This document shows positions 46,659 through 56,841 of a DNA stretch of 64,000 nucleotides, piece by piece. The translations under genes were made by a program, and so were the position numbers. Numbering within the stretch: the first letter of the stretch is position 1; the number at the start of each line of letters is the position of its first letter. The DNA is from Clostridia bacterium (GTDB lineage Bacteria; Bacillota; Clostridia; UMGS1883; UMGS1540), in contig JAZNQL010000021.1 of NCBI GenBank assembly GCA_045590155.1, forward strand, positions 5,982 to 69,981, read 5' to 3'. The notes beneath the pieces were generated by a model. It ran no database searches. It had not been told where the DNA came from and saw nothing but the letters and a program-made list of their open reading frames with translations.

Positions 46659-48266
46659 TTAAATTTCGCTCTGTTTTCTTGTGTAATCAGGTAAAAGTTT
46701 TGGCGAAACAGCATTTGTTTCAATTCCTGCATCGCTACGCTCTTTGTCAAACTTCTTTATATGGTCCAAAGTCATAGTTCCTACTTTAGTATTTTTAGCA
46801 CATTCTGCGGCATTTTTACCTGCACTTCTGCCAAAAACAATAATATCAAGTAAAGAGTTACCCATAAGTCTGTTTCTGCCGTGAATACCGCCAACAGCTT
46901 CGCCTGCAACAAAAAGATTTTCAATATTTGTTGTCATACAGTTGTCGTTTATGTCTAATCCGCCGTTCTGGTAGTGAAGGGTAGGATATACCAAAATAGG
47001 TTCACGTCTTATGTCAATACCGTAGTTTGCAAACATACGCATCATAGCAGGTATGCGAGCTTCAATAGTGCCTTCTCCACCTATTTTTTCAATCATGGGA
47101 GTATCAAGCCATACAGCATTTCCGTCGCCTGTTTCTACGCCATTTTCGCGGTCAGAACATTCACGGATAATAGAAGCCGCCGCAACATCTCTTGTTTCAA
47201 GAGGATGCATAAATACTTTACCCTCGCGGTTTATAAGCTTTGCACCGAGAGAACGAACCTTTTCAGTAACAAGAGCACCAAAAATCTGTTGAGGGAAAGC
47301 AACACCGGTGGGATGATATTGCAAAGTTTCTGCATATAAAAGTTTAGCACCTGCTCTGTAACCCAAAACAAGACCATCAGCCGTAGCACCGTAATGGTTT
47401 GAGGTGGGGAATCCCTGGTAGTGCATTCTGCCCGCACCGCCTGTTGCGATAATAACAGTTTTTGCACGTGCCACCATAAGCTCTTTTGTTTCCATATTCA
47501 TTAAAACGGCACCGCAAGCCTTGCCTTTGTCATCTAAAATAAGTTCAATGGCAGAAGTAAAGTCCACAACGGGAATTTGTCTGTTCAAAACTTCATCACG
47601 CAAGGTTCTCATAATTTCAGCACCCGAGTAATCCTTTGCCGCGTGCATTCTCTTTCGAGAAGTACCGCCGCCGTGAGTAGTTATCATAGTGCCATCTTCA
47701 GCCTTGTCAAATTCAACACCAAGCTCATTTAACCATAAAATAGCATCAGGAGCATCGCAAACAAGTTTTGATAAAAGCTCACGCTTTGCAGCAAAATGAC
47801 CGCCGCCAAATGCGTCTAAAAAATGTATAGCAGGGGAATCGTTTGGCTTGTCAGCTGCCTGAATACCGCCTTCGGCCATCATAGTATTTGCGTCGCCCAT
47901 TCGAAGCTTTGTTACAATCATAACATTTGCATTTTTGTTATGAGCTTCAATAGCAGCAGAACAACCTGCGCCGCCACCGCCTATAATAAGAACATCAACA
48001 TCGTATGTAACAGAAGATAAGTCAATATCTTCTGGTGCAATTCTGCTGTGTGCCTGCAATATTTCGCAAAGCTCTTTGGGAACCTTATCTCCCTTGTTAG
48101 GACCTATTTTAAGCTCCGAAAATTCACTTTTCTTATGGTCGGGATGATATGCTGCCAAAAGTTCTTCTTTTTGAGCTGCAGTCATTCTTTCGGGCTCATA
48201 AGCAATGTTTGCTTCTCTGGCTGCTTCAACAGCCTTCAAAGATTCCTGAAATTCTTTTGAATACAT
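46659..48266 (-). CDS. Fumarate reductase / succinate dehydrogenase flavoprotein-subunit homologue (soluble, non-covalent FAD type) with an extra N-terminal domain of about 85 aa
   Basis: 535 aa. FAD dinucleotide fold DVLIIGGGGAGCSAAIEA starts only at about residue 90. No His in the covalent-FAD position (…ANTMMAEGGIQAA…). Substrate/catalytic blocks LQYHPTG, HYQNGG, RNRLMGNSLLD. Confidence 0.7.
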   Translation of the reverse strand: MYSKEFQESLKAVEAAREANIAYEPERMTAAQKEELLAAYHPDHKKSEFSELKIGPNKGDKVPKELCEILQAHSRIAPEDIDLSSVTYDVDVLIIGGGGAGCSAAIEAHNKNANVMIVTKLRMGDANTMMAEGGIQAADKPNDSPAIHFLDAFGGGHFAAKRELLSKLVCDAPDAILWLNELGVEFDKAEDGTMITTHGGGTSRKRMHAAKDYSGAEIMRTLRDEVLNRQIPVVDFTSAIELILDDKGKACGAVLMNMETKELMVARAKTVIIATGGAGRMHYQGFPTSNHYGATADGLVLGYRAGAKLLYAETLQYHPTGVAFPQQIFGALVTEKVRSLGAKLINREGKVFMHPLETRDVAAASIIRECSDRENGVETGDGNAVWLDTPMIEKIGGEGTIEARIPAMMRMFANYGIDIRREPILVYPTLHYQNGGLDINDNCMTTNIENLFVAGEAVGGIHGRNRLMGNSLLDIIVFGRSAGKNAAECAKNTKVGTMTLDHIKKFDKERSDAGIETNAVSPKLLPDYTRKQSEI

Positions 48267-48280
48267 AAAATCATCCTCCC

Positions 48281-48955
48281 TTACTTTTCAATGTCACGGT
48301 TATTATATAAATCTTTTAATTCTTCAACAGGCTTACCCATCAAAGCTTCTATTAAATCGTTAAAATCGCCGTTTTCAATTTCTTTTACACGGTTTTTAAG
48401 ATGCTCGGTTTTAGGAGCTAAATACTTGCCGTTAATTCTTCTTGCAAGCATAGCAACCTGGGGATGAGAAATACCCGCAGGACATCTTGAAGAACAGCAT
48501 CCACACATTACACAGTCAAAAGATTCTTCTGCACACTTTTCAAATTCGCCACGTTGAGCATAAGCAATGTACTGCATAACATCAAGACTCTGCGTACACG
48601 ACTTTGTGCAAGCATTACATCCAACACAGGCATATATTTCGGGGTAAAGCTGCATCATAACCTGTTGAGATACAGAAATCTTTTCAATATCATAAACCTG
48701 TTTTACAAGCGGGAAAAAGGGGAGAGTAGCAATATACATACCGTCTATAACCTTTGTCTGGCAAGCAAGACAGGATTTAAGAGTACTTTCGCCTTTAATG
48801 CGGTAAATAGTGGCACAAGCCCCGCAAAAGCCATTTCTGCAACCGCAACCGCGTACAAGCTGATATCCCGAGTATTCCATAGCACGCATTATTGTTAAAT
48901 TATCCGGCACCTCATACTTTTTGCCGAAAAGATAAATATTTACCATATTTTCCAT
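48281..48955 (-). CDS. Fumarate reductase / succinate dehydrogenase iron-sulfur-subunit homologue
   Basis: 224 aa. N-terminal plant-type [2Fe-2S] cysteines (…RGCGCRNGFCGACA…C…) and two C-terminal cubane motifs (CVGCNACTKSC, CVMCGCCSSRCP). Confidence 0.7.
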   Translation of the reverse strand: MENMVNIYLFGKKYEVPDNLTIMRAMEYSGYQLVRGCGCRNGFCGACATIYRIKGESTLKSCLACQTKVIDGMYIATLPFFPLVKQVYDIEKISVSQQVMMQLYPEIYACVGCNACTKSCTQSLDVMQYIAYAQRGEFEKCAEESFDCVMCGCCSSRCPAGISHPQVAMLARRINGKYLAPKTEHLKNRVKEIENGDFNDLIEALMGKPVEELKDLYNNRDIEK

Positions 48956-48973
48956 AACGTATATTCTCCCTCC

Positions 48974-49807
48974 TTAATATTCGTCCGGAAGCTGATCCAG
49001 TTCATCACAACGGAAAACAGGTCCGTCCTTACAAACATATTTTGCACCTACATTACATCTTCCACATTTTCCTACACCGCACTTCATTCTGAGTTCGAGT
49101 GTAGTATAAACCTGTGTTTTGTCAAACCCTAAAGAGCACAGAGCATCCAAAGTAAATTTAATCATAATTGGAGGTCCGCACAAAACAGCAGTTTTATTTG
49201 TATCAAAGTTCAGCTCTTTTACAAAATTTGGTACAAATCCAACATGACCATCCCAAGCCTCTTCAGCGTTATCAATAGTTAAATGGACTGAAACGCCCGA
49301 GTCTTTAGACCATTCATCAATAATTTCTTTATAATCAAGCAAATCAGCCTTACTTCTTGAACCGTAAACAATATCAATTTTTCCGTATCTGTCACGGTAA
49401 TGACGGCAGTAGTTTATAACAGAACGTAAGGGTGCAAGCCCAACACCGCCTGCAATAAACAAAAGGTCTTTTCCCGCAAAAACATCATCCACAGGGAAAG
49501 GTTTTCCGTAAGGTCCTCTTATTGTAATTTGCTGACCTTCTTCGGCATTATGTAACCAATCGGTTACACAACCGCATTTTTTAATCGAAAACTCCATAAA
49601 TTCTTCATTTGTAGGGGAGGAAGTAATCGAAAACATTGCTTCGCCAACTCCCGGGATTGAAAGCATAGCACACTGACCGGGCCTGTGATTGAAAGCTTTT
49701 TTCCCTTCAGGGGTAACAACCCTGAAGGTCTTTATATCTGGCGTATCAATACGAACATCTGTAATAACACCTATTTTGGGGATTAAAGTTTCTTCATAAT
49801 TACTCAC
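48974..49807 (-). CDS. FlxA/AsrB/HydG/PyrK-family NAD(P)H-binding FAD oxidoreductase subunit with C-terminal [2Fe-2S]
   Basis: 277 aa. Ferredoxin-NADP-reductase-like fold (…FNHRPGQCAMLSIPGVGEAMFSI…, …LFIAGGVGLAPLRS…) and a C-terminal Cys cluster (…CGVGKCGRCNVGAKYVC…). Confidence 0.65.
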   Translation of the reverse strand: MSNYEETLIPKIGVITDVRIDTPDIKTFRVVTPEGKKAFNHRPGQCAMLSIPGVGEAMFSITSSPTNEEFMEFSIKKCGCVTDWLHNAEEGQQITIRGPYGKPFPVDDVFAGKDLLFIAGGVGLAPLRSVINYCRHYRDRYGKIDIVYGSRSKADLLDYKEIIDEWSKDSGVSVHLTIDNAEEAWDGHVGFVPNFVKELNFDTNKTAVLCGPPIMIKFTLDALCSLGFDKTQVYTTLELRMKCGVGKCGRCNVGAKYVCKDGPVFRCDELDQLPDEY

Positions 49808-50843
49808 TTATTTTCCCTCCAAATCTTTTCATTACTTTTGCAATATTCATAGATATAGGACACTTTGCAAGACATCTTCCGCAACCTACGCACGAGAATA
49901 AGCCGTCATTATTTTCGGGATAATAGACTAGCTTGTGCATAAAACGCTGACGGAAACGCTCTTTCTGTGTAAGTCTGTTGTTGCCGTGAGCCATTTTTGT
50001 AAATTCCGAAAACATACAAGAGTCCCAACAACGGAATCTTTTTATTCCGTGGCCTGTATCAAAATCCTTTATGTCATAACATTGACATGTGGGGCAAACA
50101 TAAGTACAGGTTCCGCAACCGAGACAGTTTTCCGAAAGAGAATCCCATAACGGGTCATCAAACAATTCTTTAGTTTTACCACCACCAAAAGCAGTAGTTT
50201 TTAAATCTTTGAGGGGTAACTTTTCAAGACGCTCTTTTATAAGAGTTTTTTGTTTTTCTACAACTTCAGAATCAACCTGCTCAAATAAATCTTCTAAAGA
50301 AGCAAGCAAAGCTTCTCCCTTTTCTGTTTTAGCATCAAAGTAAAAAGCATCTTGTGTTTTAAAGCACTCAATATCTCCCGAAGGGTTTGCCGCATCAATA
50401 CTAAACGTAGTACAAAAGCAGGTTTCTGCGGGCTTTGTGCAGGCAAGAGATATTATTAAAGCGTGCTCACGTCTGTTTTTGTAGTAAGTATCAATGGGAT
50501 CTGCAAGAAAAACTCTGTCTAAAACATCAAAGCTTTTAACATCGCAGGCACGTACACCAAAAATTACAAAATCTTCGTTTTCGCATCTTGAGTCAATAAC
50601 GTCTATTTTCTTACCCTGCATTTTAAATTCCATAAGATTTTCAGTTTGCGGGAAGAAAAAGTCTTTTGCGCTTCTGTTTGTGTTCAAAGCATCCGAAATA
50701 TTTACTCCTTCTTGCCAAAGCTTAAATTCGGCACCGCCTTCAGTGTCGATAGGCAAATACAAAGACATTTTATCGCTGATGGCAGCAAAAAAAGCATCAA
50801 GCTTATCAGATAATAATTTACGCATTACCATCACCTCTTTCAA
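49800..50843 (-). CDS. FlxB/AsrA/HydB-family iron-sulfur subunit
   Basis: 347 aa. Two ferredoxin-like motifs (CLGCGTCTYVCPTCQC and CVGCGRCLAKCP) plus extra Cys. A paralogue of the next gene. Start may be a few codons downstream. Confidence 0.55.
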   Translation of the reverse strand: MKEVMVMRKLLSDKLDAFFAAISDKMSLYLPIDTEGGAEFKLWQEGVNISDALNTNRSAKDFFFPQTENLMEFKMQGKKIDVIDSRCENEDFVIFGVRACDVKSFDVLDRVFLADPIDTYYKNRREHALIISLACTKPAETCFCTTFSIDAANPSGDIECFKTQDAFYFDAKTEKGEALLASLEDLFEQVDSEVVEKQKTLIKERLEKLPLKDLKTTAFGGGKTKELFDDPLWDSLSENCLGCGTCTYVCPTCQCYDIKDFDTGHGIKRFRCWDSCMFSEFTKMAHGNNRLTQKERFRQRFMHKLVYYPENNDGLFSCVGCGRCLAKCPISMNIAKVMKRFGGKISE

Positions 50844-51810
50844 AAGCTTCAGAAGGTTCTAAATCATCTAAAGTATAGTTAATAAGGGGAGAACGGCTTC
50901 CGGCTTCTTCGCCTGCCTGATAATCTCCGTAAAATTCATTTATATCTTTAATGAATTTTCTATTCAATAAATGCAACGGAATTCTCTGCGGGCAAACTCT
51001 TGAACACTGTCCGCAATCTGTGCATCTTCCTGCAACGTGAAAAGCACGTATAATATGGAACATTTTTTCTTCAAAGCTGTTAGATGCGGCTTTGTTTTCC
51101 ACTCCTGATTTAGGGTTATCAAAAACACATTTTTCACAGGTGCAAGCAGGACATACATCACGGCATGCATTGCATCTTATACAACGTGAGAGTTCATTCT
51201 GCCAAAAAGCAAATCGCTCATCAGGAGTCATTTTTTCAAGAGCTTCAACTTCGTCAAAACGCTTGGAGTCAATAACTTCGCCTTCGTCACCTAAAAGCTC
51301 ATCATAAGCTACACATTTTTTTGATTTGCAGTTTTTGCAGCCTTCTAAAAGTACGTCACTGCGTTTAAGTGAAATCTCTCCGTCATAAAGAGTGCTAACA
51401 GTGATGTTTTCTCCATCTGTTTTTACGGAAGTAAAGCTGTCGCATTTTTTCTTTAATAAATCAGCATCAAGCATTCCTTCACAGGGAATACCTACAACGT
51501 ATACCTTTTCTCTGTCAAAACGGTGTTCAGTCAAAAGCTGATTAAAGCTATAAGTATCACAAGGCTTTAAAAATACTAAAACCTTTTTATCGCTTTTTTC
51601 AGTTTCAGATATTAAGTATTTCGAGAAGTTTGCACCGCAAAAATCTCCCCATACAAAATTTTCTTTAAGGTCATCTGTGTCAAAAAACACAGCAGGAGTA
51701 ATATCGTAGCAAAATTCGCCCTTTCTCCAACCCAGAACACGGTCAACGGTGGAGTTTTTCAGTAATTCTTCTGCTTTATTAAGGAGAATTTCTTGTGTTA
51801 TTTTTTGCAT
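50818..51810 (-). CDS. FlxC-like iron-sulfur subunit (AsrA/HydB-family paralogue)
   Basis: 330 aa. CIRCNACRDVCPACTCEKC and CTDCGQCSRVCP ferredoxin-like motifs. N-terminal region with CDTYS/CEG cysteines. Confidence 0.5.
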   Translation of the reverse strand: MQKITQEILLNKAEELLKNSTVDRVLGWRKGEFCYDITPAVFFDTDDLKENFVWGDFCGANFSKYLISETEKSDKKVLVFLKPCDTYSFNQLLTEHRFDREKVYVVGIPCEGMLDADLLKKKCDSFTSVKTDGENITVSTLYDGEISLKRSDVLLEGCKNCKSKKCVAYDELLGDEGEVIDSKRFDEVEALEKMTPDERFAFWQNELSRCIRCNACRDVCPACTCEKCVFDNPKSGVENKAASNSFEEKMFHIIRAFHVAGRCTDCGQCSRVCPQRIPLHLLNRKFIKDINEFYGDYQAGEEAGSRSPLINYTLDDLEPSEAFERGDGNA

Positions 51811-52238
51811 CTTAAATCCTCCAATCTTTTATTTTCGCCTAAAGCTGCAACGGTTTCGCAAAATTCTGTCATAGTAGCAGCAAATTTTGCGCCTTCAGCA
51901 GCTGATACCCATTCAACTCTGGTTCTTTCTCTTTCAATACCTAAATAATCAAGCATAGAGAATAAAAGAGTCATGCGGCGGCGGGTATAATAGTTTCCGG
52001 ATGTATAATGACAATCGCCTGGATGACAACCGCAAATAATCACACCGTCAGCACCTCTCTGAAAAGCGCGTAAAATGTAAGAGGAATTAACGCGGCAAGA
52101 ACAGGGAACACGGATAATTTTAACATCAGCAGGATAAGCAAGTCGGTTATTTCCTGCTAAATCGGCACCCGCATACGAACACCAGTTGCAACAAAATGCA
52201 ACAATAAGAGGTTTATAGGAACCATTATTTAACGACAT
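51798..52238 (-). CDS. mvhD: MvhD/FlxD-type [2Fe-2S] electron-transfer subunit
   Basis: 146 aa. …VAFCCNWCSYAGADLAG…RVPCSCRV…GADGVIICGCHPGDCHY… matches the MvhD delta-subunit signature. Confidence 0.75.
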   Translation of the reverse strand: MSLNNGSYKPLIVAFCCNWCSYAGADLAGNNRLAYPADVKIIRVPCSCRVNSSYILRAFQRGADGVIICGCHPGDCHYTSGNYYTRRRMTLLFSMLDYLGIERERTRVEWVSAAEGAKFAATMTEFCETVAALGENKRLEDLRCKK

Positions 52239-54223
52239 ATCGCATCCACCTCCGCTATAATCTGGTCATTTTTAAATCCATTTAAGTCCATTGCGCCCGA
52301 CATACAAGCAACGCAACAACATCCGCAACCCTGGCAAATAGCAGGGTTAACGCTTGCAACACGGCGGGTTTTTGTTTTTCCGCCCGGCATACGAAAATCT
52401 TTGTCAACGTATGAAATAGCACCGTAAGGACAAACCTTTTCACAGGTAGAACAACCGTTACACATCATTTCGTTTGAATGTGCAATACAGGGGTTGCCCA
52501 GCAGCTTATCCTTGCAAAGCAAGCCTATTACCTTTGCGGCAGTAGCACCTGCTTGAGCGACTGTTTCAGGAATATCTTTAGGGCCCTGACATGTGCCTGA
52601 TAAAAAGATACCTGCGGTAGGACTTTCAACCGGACGAAGCTTTGGATGAGCTTCTGTAAAGAAGTCGTTTGTGTCCATTGAAGCTGTAAGCATTGTAGCC
52701 AAACCTCTTGCAGATTCATCGGGTTCTATGGCAGCTGCTAAAATAACCATATCAGCATCAATCTTAAGCTGTTTTCCTTCTATTAAATCGGAAGCCGAAA
52801 CAATAAGCTTATCTCCTTCGGGACAAACCTTTCCGACCATACCTTTTATATAGTGAACGCCATATTCTTCAACAGCACGGCGGTAAAACTCGTCAAAGTT
52901 TTTGCCCGGGGTACGCACATCAATGTAGAAAACATAAACATCAGTATCGGGGTATTTATCACGAGTAAGCATTGCATGCTTTGCAGTATACATACAACAA
53001 ATTTTTGAGCAGTATTCCTTACCCTTTTGAGCACAAGCATCACAACGGGAACCCACACATTGTACAAAAACAAGAGTGTGAGGGTGTTTTCCATCGGAAG
53101 GACGAAGAAGCTTTCCGCCTGTGGGACCAGCCGCATTTGTAAGTCTTTCAAATTCTAAAGATGTAATAACATCCTTTGACTGTGAATAAGCAAATTCGTC
53201 AAACTTATCCATTGATATAGGATTAAAGCCTGTTGCTGCAACAATAGCACCATACTTTTCTTCAACAAATTCGTCTTTTGCCTGATAATCAATAGCACCT
53301 GCAGTACAAAGCTTCGAACAAAGACCGCACTTGCCGCTTTTAAGCATGGTACAGTATTGAGGGTCAATAGTAGCAACCTTTGGTATAGCCTGTGCAAAAG
53401 GAATATAAATAGCTCTTCTGTTATCCATACCAAGATTAAATTCGTTGGGAATATTTTTCTGGGGACATTTTTCGGTACACAAACCGCAACCTGTGCATAT
53501 ATCCTCTTTAACGTATCTTGCTTTACGCTTTATTTTAACATCAAAATTGCCTACAAAGCCTTTAACTTCTTCAACCTCTGAATAAGAGAATATTCTTATA
53601 TTTTCGTGTTGTGCAACATCAACCATTTTTGGAGTTAAAATACAGGCAGCACAGTCAAGAGTAGGGAAGGTTTTGTCAAGCTGCGCCATTTTACCGCCAA
53701 TGGTGGCCTTCTTTTCAACAATATCAACCAAAAAGCCTGCATCAGCAATATCCAAAGCAGTCTGAATACCTGCAATACCGCCGCCTATAACGAGTGCACG
53801 TTTTGTAACAGGAGATTCGCCTGGAATAAGAGGCGCATTAAGATTTACCTTTGCAATGGCAGCTTTGCCTAAAATAATAGCCTTTTCAGTACCTGTCTGG
53901 ATATCCTTATGTACCCAGGAACACTGTTCACGGATATTTGCAATTTCTACCATATAAGAGTTAAGACCTGCTGCTGCAGCAGTTTTTCTAAAGGTCTGCT
54001 CATGCATTCTTGGAGAGCATGAACAAACAACAATACCTGTAAGGTTGTGCTCTTTTACAGCATTTTTAATAAGGTCCTGTCCTGCCTGGGAACACATATA
54101 CTGATATTCTGTCGAAAAAACAACACCTGGCTCGTTTTCCAAAGCCTTGGAAACGGCAGCCACATCAACAGTCGCTGCAATATTAGTACCGCAGTGACAA
54201 ACAAAAACACCAATTCTTTGCAT
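52229..54223 (-). CDS. hdrA: HdrA-type heterodisulfide-reductase subunit A (FAD, multi-FeS; bifurcating flavoprotein homologue)
   Basis: 664 aa. N-terminal Cys-rich MvhD-like segment (…VFVCHCGTNIA…VVCSCSPRMHE…). FAD fold (ALVIGGGIAGIQTALDIADAG). Inserted ferredoxin motifs (CTGCGLCTEKCP; CGLCSKLCTAGA; CNGCSTCEKVCP). C-terminal Cys cluster (CQGCGCCCVACMSGA). Confidence 0.8.
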   Translation of the reverse strand: MQRIGVFVCHCGTNIAATVDVAAVSKALENEPGVVFSTEYQYMCSQAGQDLIKNAVKEHNLTGIVVCSCSPRMHEQTFRKTAAAAGLNSYMVEIANIREQCSWVHKDIQTGTEKAIILGKAAIAKVNLNAPLIPGESPVTKRALVIGGGIAGIQTALDIADAGFLVDIVEKKATIGGKMAQLDKTFPTLDCAACILTPKMVDVAQHENIRIFSYSEVEEVKGFVGNFDVKIKRKARYVKEDICTGCGLCTEKCPQKNIPNEFNLGMDNRRAIYIPFAQAIPKVATIDPQYCTMLKSGKCGLCSKLCTAGAIDYQAKDEFVEEKYGAIVAATGFNPISMDKFDEFAYSQSKDVITSLEFERLTNAAGPTGGKLLRPSDGKHPHTLVFVQCVGSRCDACAQKGKEYCSKICCMYTAKHAMLTRDKYPDTDVYVFYIDVRTPGKNFDEFYRRAVEEYGVHYIKGMVGKVCPEGDKLIVSASDLIEGKQLKIDADMVILAAAIEPDESARGLATMLTASMDTNDFFTEAHPKLRPVESPTAGIFLSGTCQGPKDIPETVAQAGATAAKVIGLLCKDKLLGNPCIAHSNEMMCNGCSTCEKVCPYGAISYVDKDFRMPGGKTKTRRVASVNPAICQGCGCCCVACMSGAMDLNGFKNDQIIAEVDAICR

Positions 54224-54239
54224 TTACCGTTTCCTCCTT

Positions 54240-54629
54240 TTATTTAGTATATTTTCTGAATGCAGTAACAAGTGCCTGCTGCGGAATATCCTCATCAAGC
54301 AACGACGGAATCATATCAGGTGTTAAATGATTTGAATCCTTTTGTCTTATTGTAACAAGACGGATTGCCTCAATAAGCTTTCCCGGTTCAACCCCTGTTG
54401 GACAACGTTCAACACAAGCCATGCACGATAAGCACTTGTATATTGATTCTGATTTCATTAACCTTTCAACATCGGCATTTTCTACCATTGAAACAAACTG
54501 ATGAGGATGAAATTCCATCTCATCATACGAAGGGCAAGTAGCAGAACATTTGCCACATTTCATACATTTTCTTGGGTTAACTCCGCTGATGCGAAGCACA
54601 GTTTCGCGAATACGTTTTATATCAGCCAT
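54240..54629 (-). CDS. hdrC: HdrC-type 2x[4Fe-4S] subunit
   Basis: 129 aa. CMKCGKCSATCP and CLSCMACVERCP motifs. Confidence 0.7.
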   Translation of the reverse strand: MADIKRIRETVLRISGVNPRKCMKCGKCSATCPSYDEMEFHPHQFVSMVENADVERLMKSESIYKCLSCMACVERCPTGVEPGKLIEAIRLVTIRQKDSNHLTPDMIPSLLDEDIPQQALVTAFRKYTK

Positions 54630-55437
54630 TGTTAACCTCCTTTATACCTAAAGCCTCTGCCAGAATTTCTGTAAAGTACATAACAGGAACAGGGCTTTCA
54701 TTTTTTATAAGATTATATTTGCATAAAGGACAAGCAGTAATAATTAAGTCGGCACCATGTCTTGCAGCACTTTCCGAAATGGAAAGGCTTCTTTTTTTAG
54801 CCGCATCTGCATCCTCTAAAGCAATGTATCCGCCACAGCACTCGTTGCGGCAGGGGTATATTGCTGCTTCTCCGCCAAGAGCAGAAATAAAATCCTCAAA
54901 AATAGTTGGATTTTCAGGGTCATCAAACTGTAAAGCTTTGCTTGGTCGAAGCAGTAAACAACCATAATAGGCGGCAATTTTTTTGCCGGTTAAAGGATTT
55001 TTAACCTTTTCTTTTATTTTGTCAAAACCTATTTTGTCGCGCAAAAATTCTAAATAATGAAAAACTTCTGCCTCACCATTGTAGGCTGTAAAATCTTCGT
55101 CCTGTGCCATATAATTGTTAACTGTGTTTGCAAAATCAGGATTTTTCATAGAAACATTGGTACGTTTTACAACATTGTGACAAGCCGAACAAACAGTGAT
55201 TAAAGGTCTGTTTTTTAAATACGAATCACGCAGAACACGCACACTCGAAAGTTTTGTTGCAATTTCGTCCGCAGCTGAGGTAAAAGCACCGCCGCAACAT
55301 TGCCAGTTTTCAATTTCGCAAAGTTCAAACCCAAGAATTTCGGCACATTCTCTTGCATATTTATCGAGCTCTTTTGCCTTGTTTTTCAAGGTACAGCCCG
55401 GGTAATAATTTACTTTCATGTCAAACTCCTTTCGCAA
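54622..55437 (-). CDS. hdrB: HdrB-type subunit with two CCG domains
   Basis: Two Cx(n)CCGx(n)CxxC repeats (YYPGCTL…CCGGAF…CSACHNV and YYGCLLL…CCGGYI…CPLCKYN). The true start may be the Met at 55419 (MKVNYY). Confidence 0.8.
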   Translation of the reverse strand: MRKEFDMKVNYYPGCTLKNKAKELDKYARECAEILGFELCEIENWQCCGGAFTSAADEIATKLSSVRVLRDSYLKNRPLITVCSACHNVVKRTNVSMKNPDFANTVNNYMAQDEDFTAYNGEAEVFHYLEFLRDKIGFDKIKEKVKNPLTGKKIAAYYGCLLLRPSKALQFDDPENPTIFEDFISALGGEAAIYPCRNECCGGYIALEDADAAKKRSLSISESAARHGADLIITACPLCKYNLIKNESPVPVMYFTEILAEALGIKEVNNG

Positions 55438-55450
55438 TAGCTAAAAAGTG

Positions 55451-56827
55451 TTAAACCATTTCTTCGGGATGAAATACTTCATCAAATCTTTCTGCAGTTA
55501 AAAAACCAAGCTCAACACAGGCTTCCTTTAACGATATGTTATCTTTGAAAGCCTTTTTAGCTGTTTTAGCAGCATTTTCGTAACCAATGTAAGGATTGAG
55601 AGCAGTTACAAGCATAAGAGAGTTATGCAGATTATGATGCATCTTTTCTTTGTTGGCAGTAATGCCGCAAGCACATTTGTTGTTAAATGAAACAATGGCT
55701 TCTGCAAGAAGTCTTGCAGATTGCAGGAAGTTGTAAGCTGCAACAGGCATAAATACATTAAGTTCAAAATTTCCTTGAGATGCCGCCATCGAAACTGCAA
55801 CATCATTTCCCATAACCTGAACAGCAACCATTGTTACTGCTTCACACTGTGTAGGATTAACCTTTCCCGGCATAATTGAAGAACCGGGTTCGTTTTCGGG
55901 AATAAAAATTTCGCCTAAACCGTCACGCGGACCCGATGCAAGCCAACGTATGTCGTTAGCAATTTTCATCATATCGCAAGCAGTTGCCTTTATTGCACCA
56001 TGTGCAAAAACAAGCTCGTCTTTTGAAGTTAAAGAGTGGAATTTATTTTCTGCTGTAACAAATGGTTTTCCGGTAAGCTCTGACACTTTCTTTGCAACAA
56101 GAACATCAAAGCCTTTCGGTGCATTAAGACCGGTACCAACAGCAGTGCCGCCGAGTGCAAGTTCATACAAAGGTTTTAAAGATAACTTCAAAAGTTCAAG
56201 ATCTCTTTCAAGACTTGAACGCCAGCCGCTTATTTCCTGGCTGAATTTTATTGGTGTAGCATCCTGCAAGTGAGTACGTCCCGACTTTACAATACCTTCA
56301 TTTTCTTTTTCTAAACGCTTAAAGGTTGTAATTAAAAGCTCAATCGCAGGAATAAGCTTATCTTCAATAGCAATAACCGCCGAAATGTGCATAGCAGTAG
56401 GAAAAGTGTCGTTTGAAGATTGACTCATATTTATATCGTCATTTGGATGGGTTAATGAAGCAGAGGCAATCTGATTTGCACGATTGCAAATAACTTCATT
56501 TGCATTCATGTTTGATTGTGTGCCTGAACCTGTCTGCCATACAACTAAGGGAAAATGTTCATTTAACTTACCGCTTATTACTTCATCACAGGCCGATGAT
56601 ATAGCATCAAGCTTTTCTTTTGTCATTTTAGCGGAATTTAATTCATGGTTAGCTAAAGCGGCAGCCTTTTTTAAGATACCAAAAGCGTGTATAATTTCAC
56701 GGGGCATAGTTTCAATGCCAACGCCTATTTCAAAATTTTCGTGGCTTCGCTGTGTTTGAGCCGCCCACAAAGAATCAGAGGGAACTTTTACCTCTCCCAT
56801 AGAGTCATGTTCAATACGATAATCCAT
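55451..56827 (-). CDS. fumC: Class II fumarate hydratase
   Basis: 458 aa. N-terminus DSMGEVKVPSDSLWAAQTQRSHENF is FumC-like, not AspA-like. Fumarate-lyase signature GSSIMPGKVNPTQCEA. Confidence 0.9.
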   Translation of the reverse strand: MDYRIEHDSMGEVKVPSDSLWAAQTQRSHENFEIGVGIETMPREIIHAFGILKKAAALANHELNSAKMTKEKLDAISSACDEVISGKLNEHFPLVVWQTGSGTQSNMNANEVICNRANQIASASLTHPNDDINMSQSSNDTFPTAMHISAVIAIEDKLIPAIELLITTFKRLEKENEGIVKSGRTHLQDATPIKFSQEISGWRSSLERDLELLKLSLKPLYELALGGTAVGTGLNAPKGFDVLVAKKVSELTGKPFVTAENKFHSLTSKDELVFAHGAIKATACDMMKIANDIRWLASGPRDGLGEIFIPENEPGSSIMPGKVNPTQCEAVTMVAVQVMGNDVAVSMAASQGNFELNVFMPVAAYNFLQSARLLAEAIVSFNNKCACGITANKEKMHHNLHNSLMLVTALNPYIGYENAAKTAKKAFKDNISLKEACVELGFLTAERFDEVFHPEEMV

Positions 56828-56841
56828 ATTAGCCTCCTATA

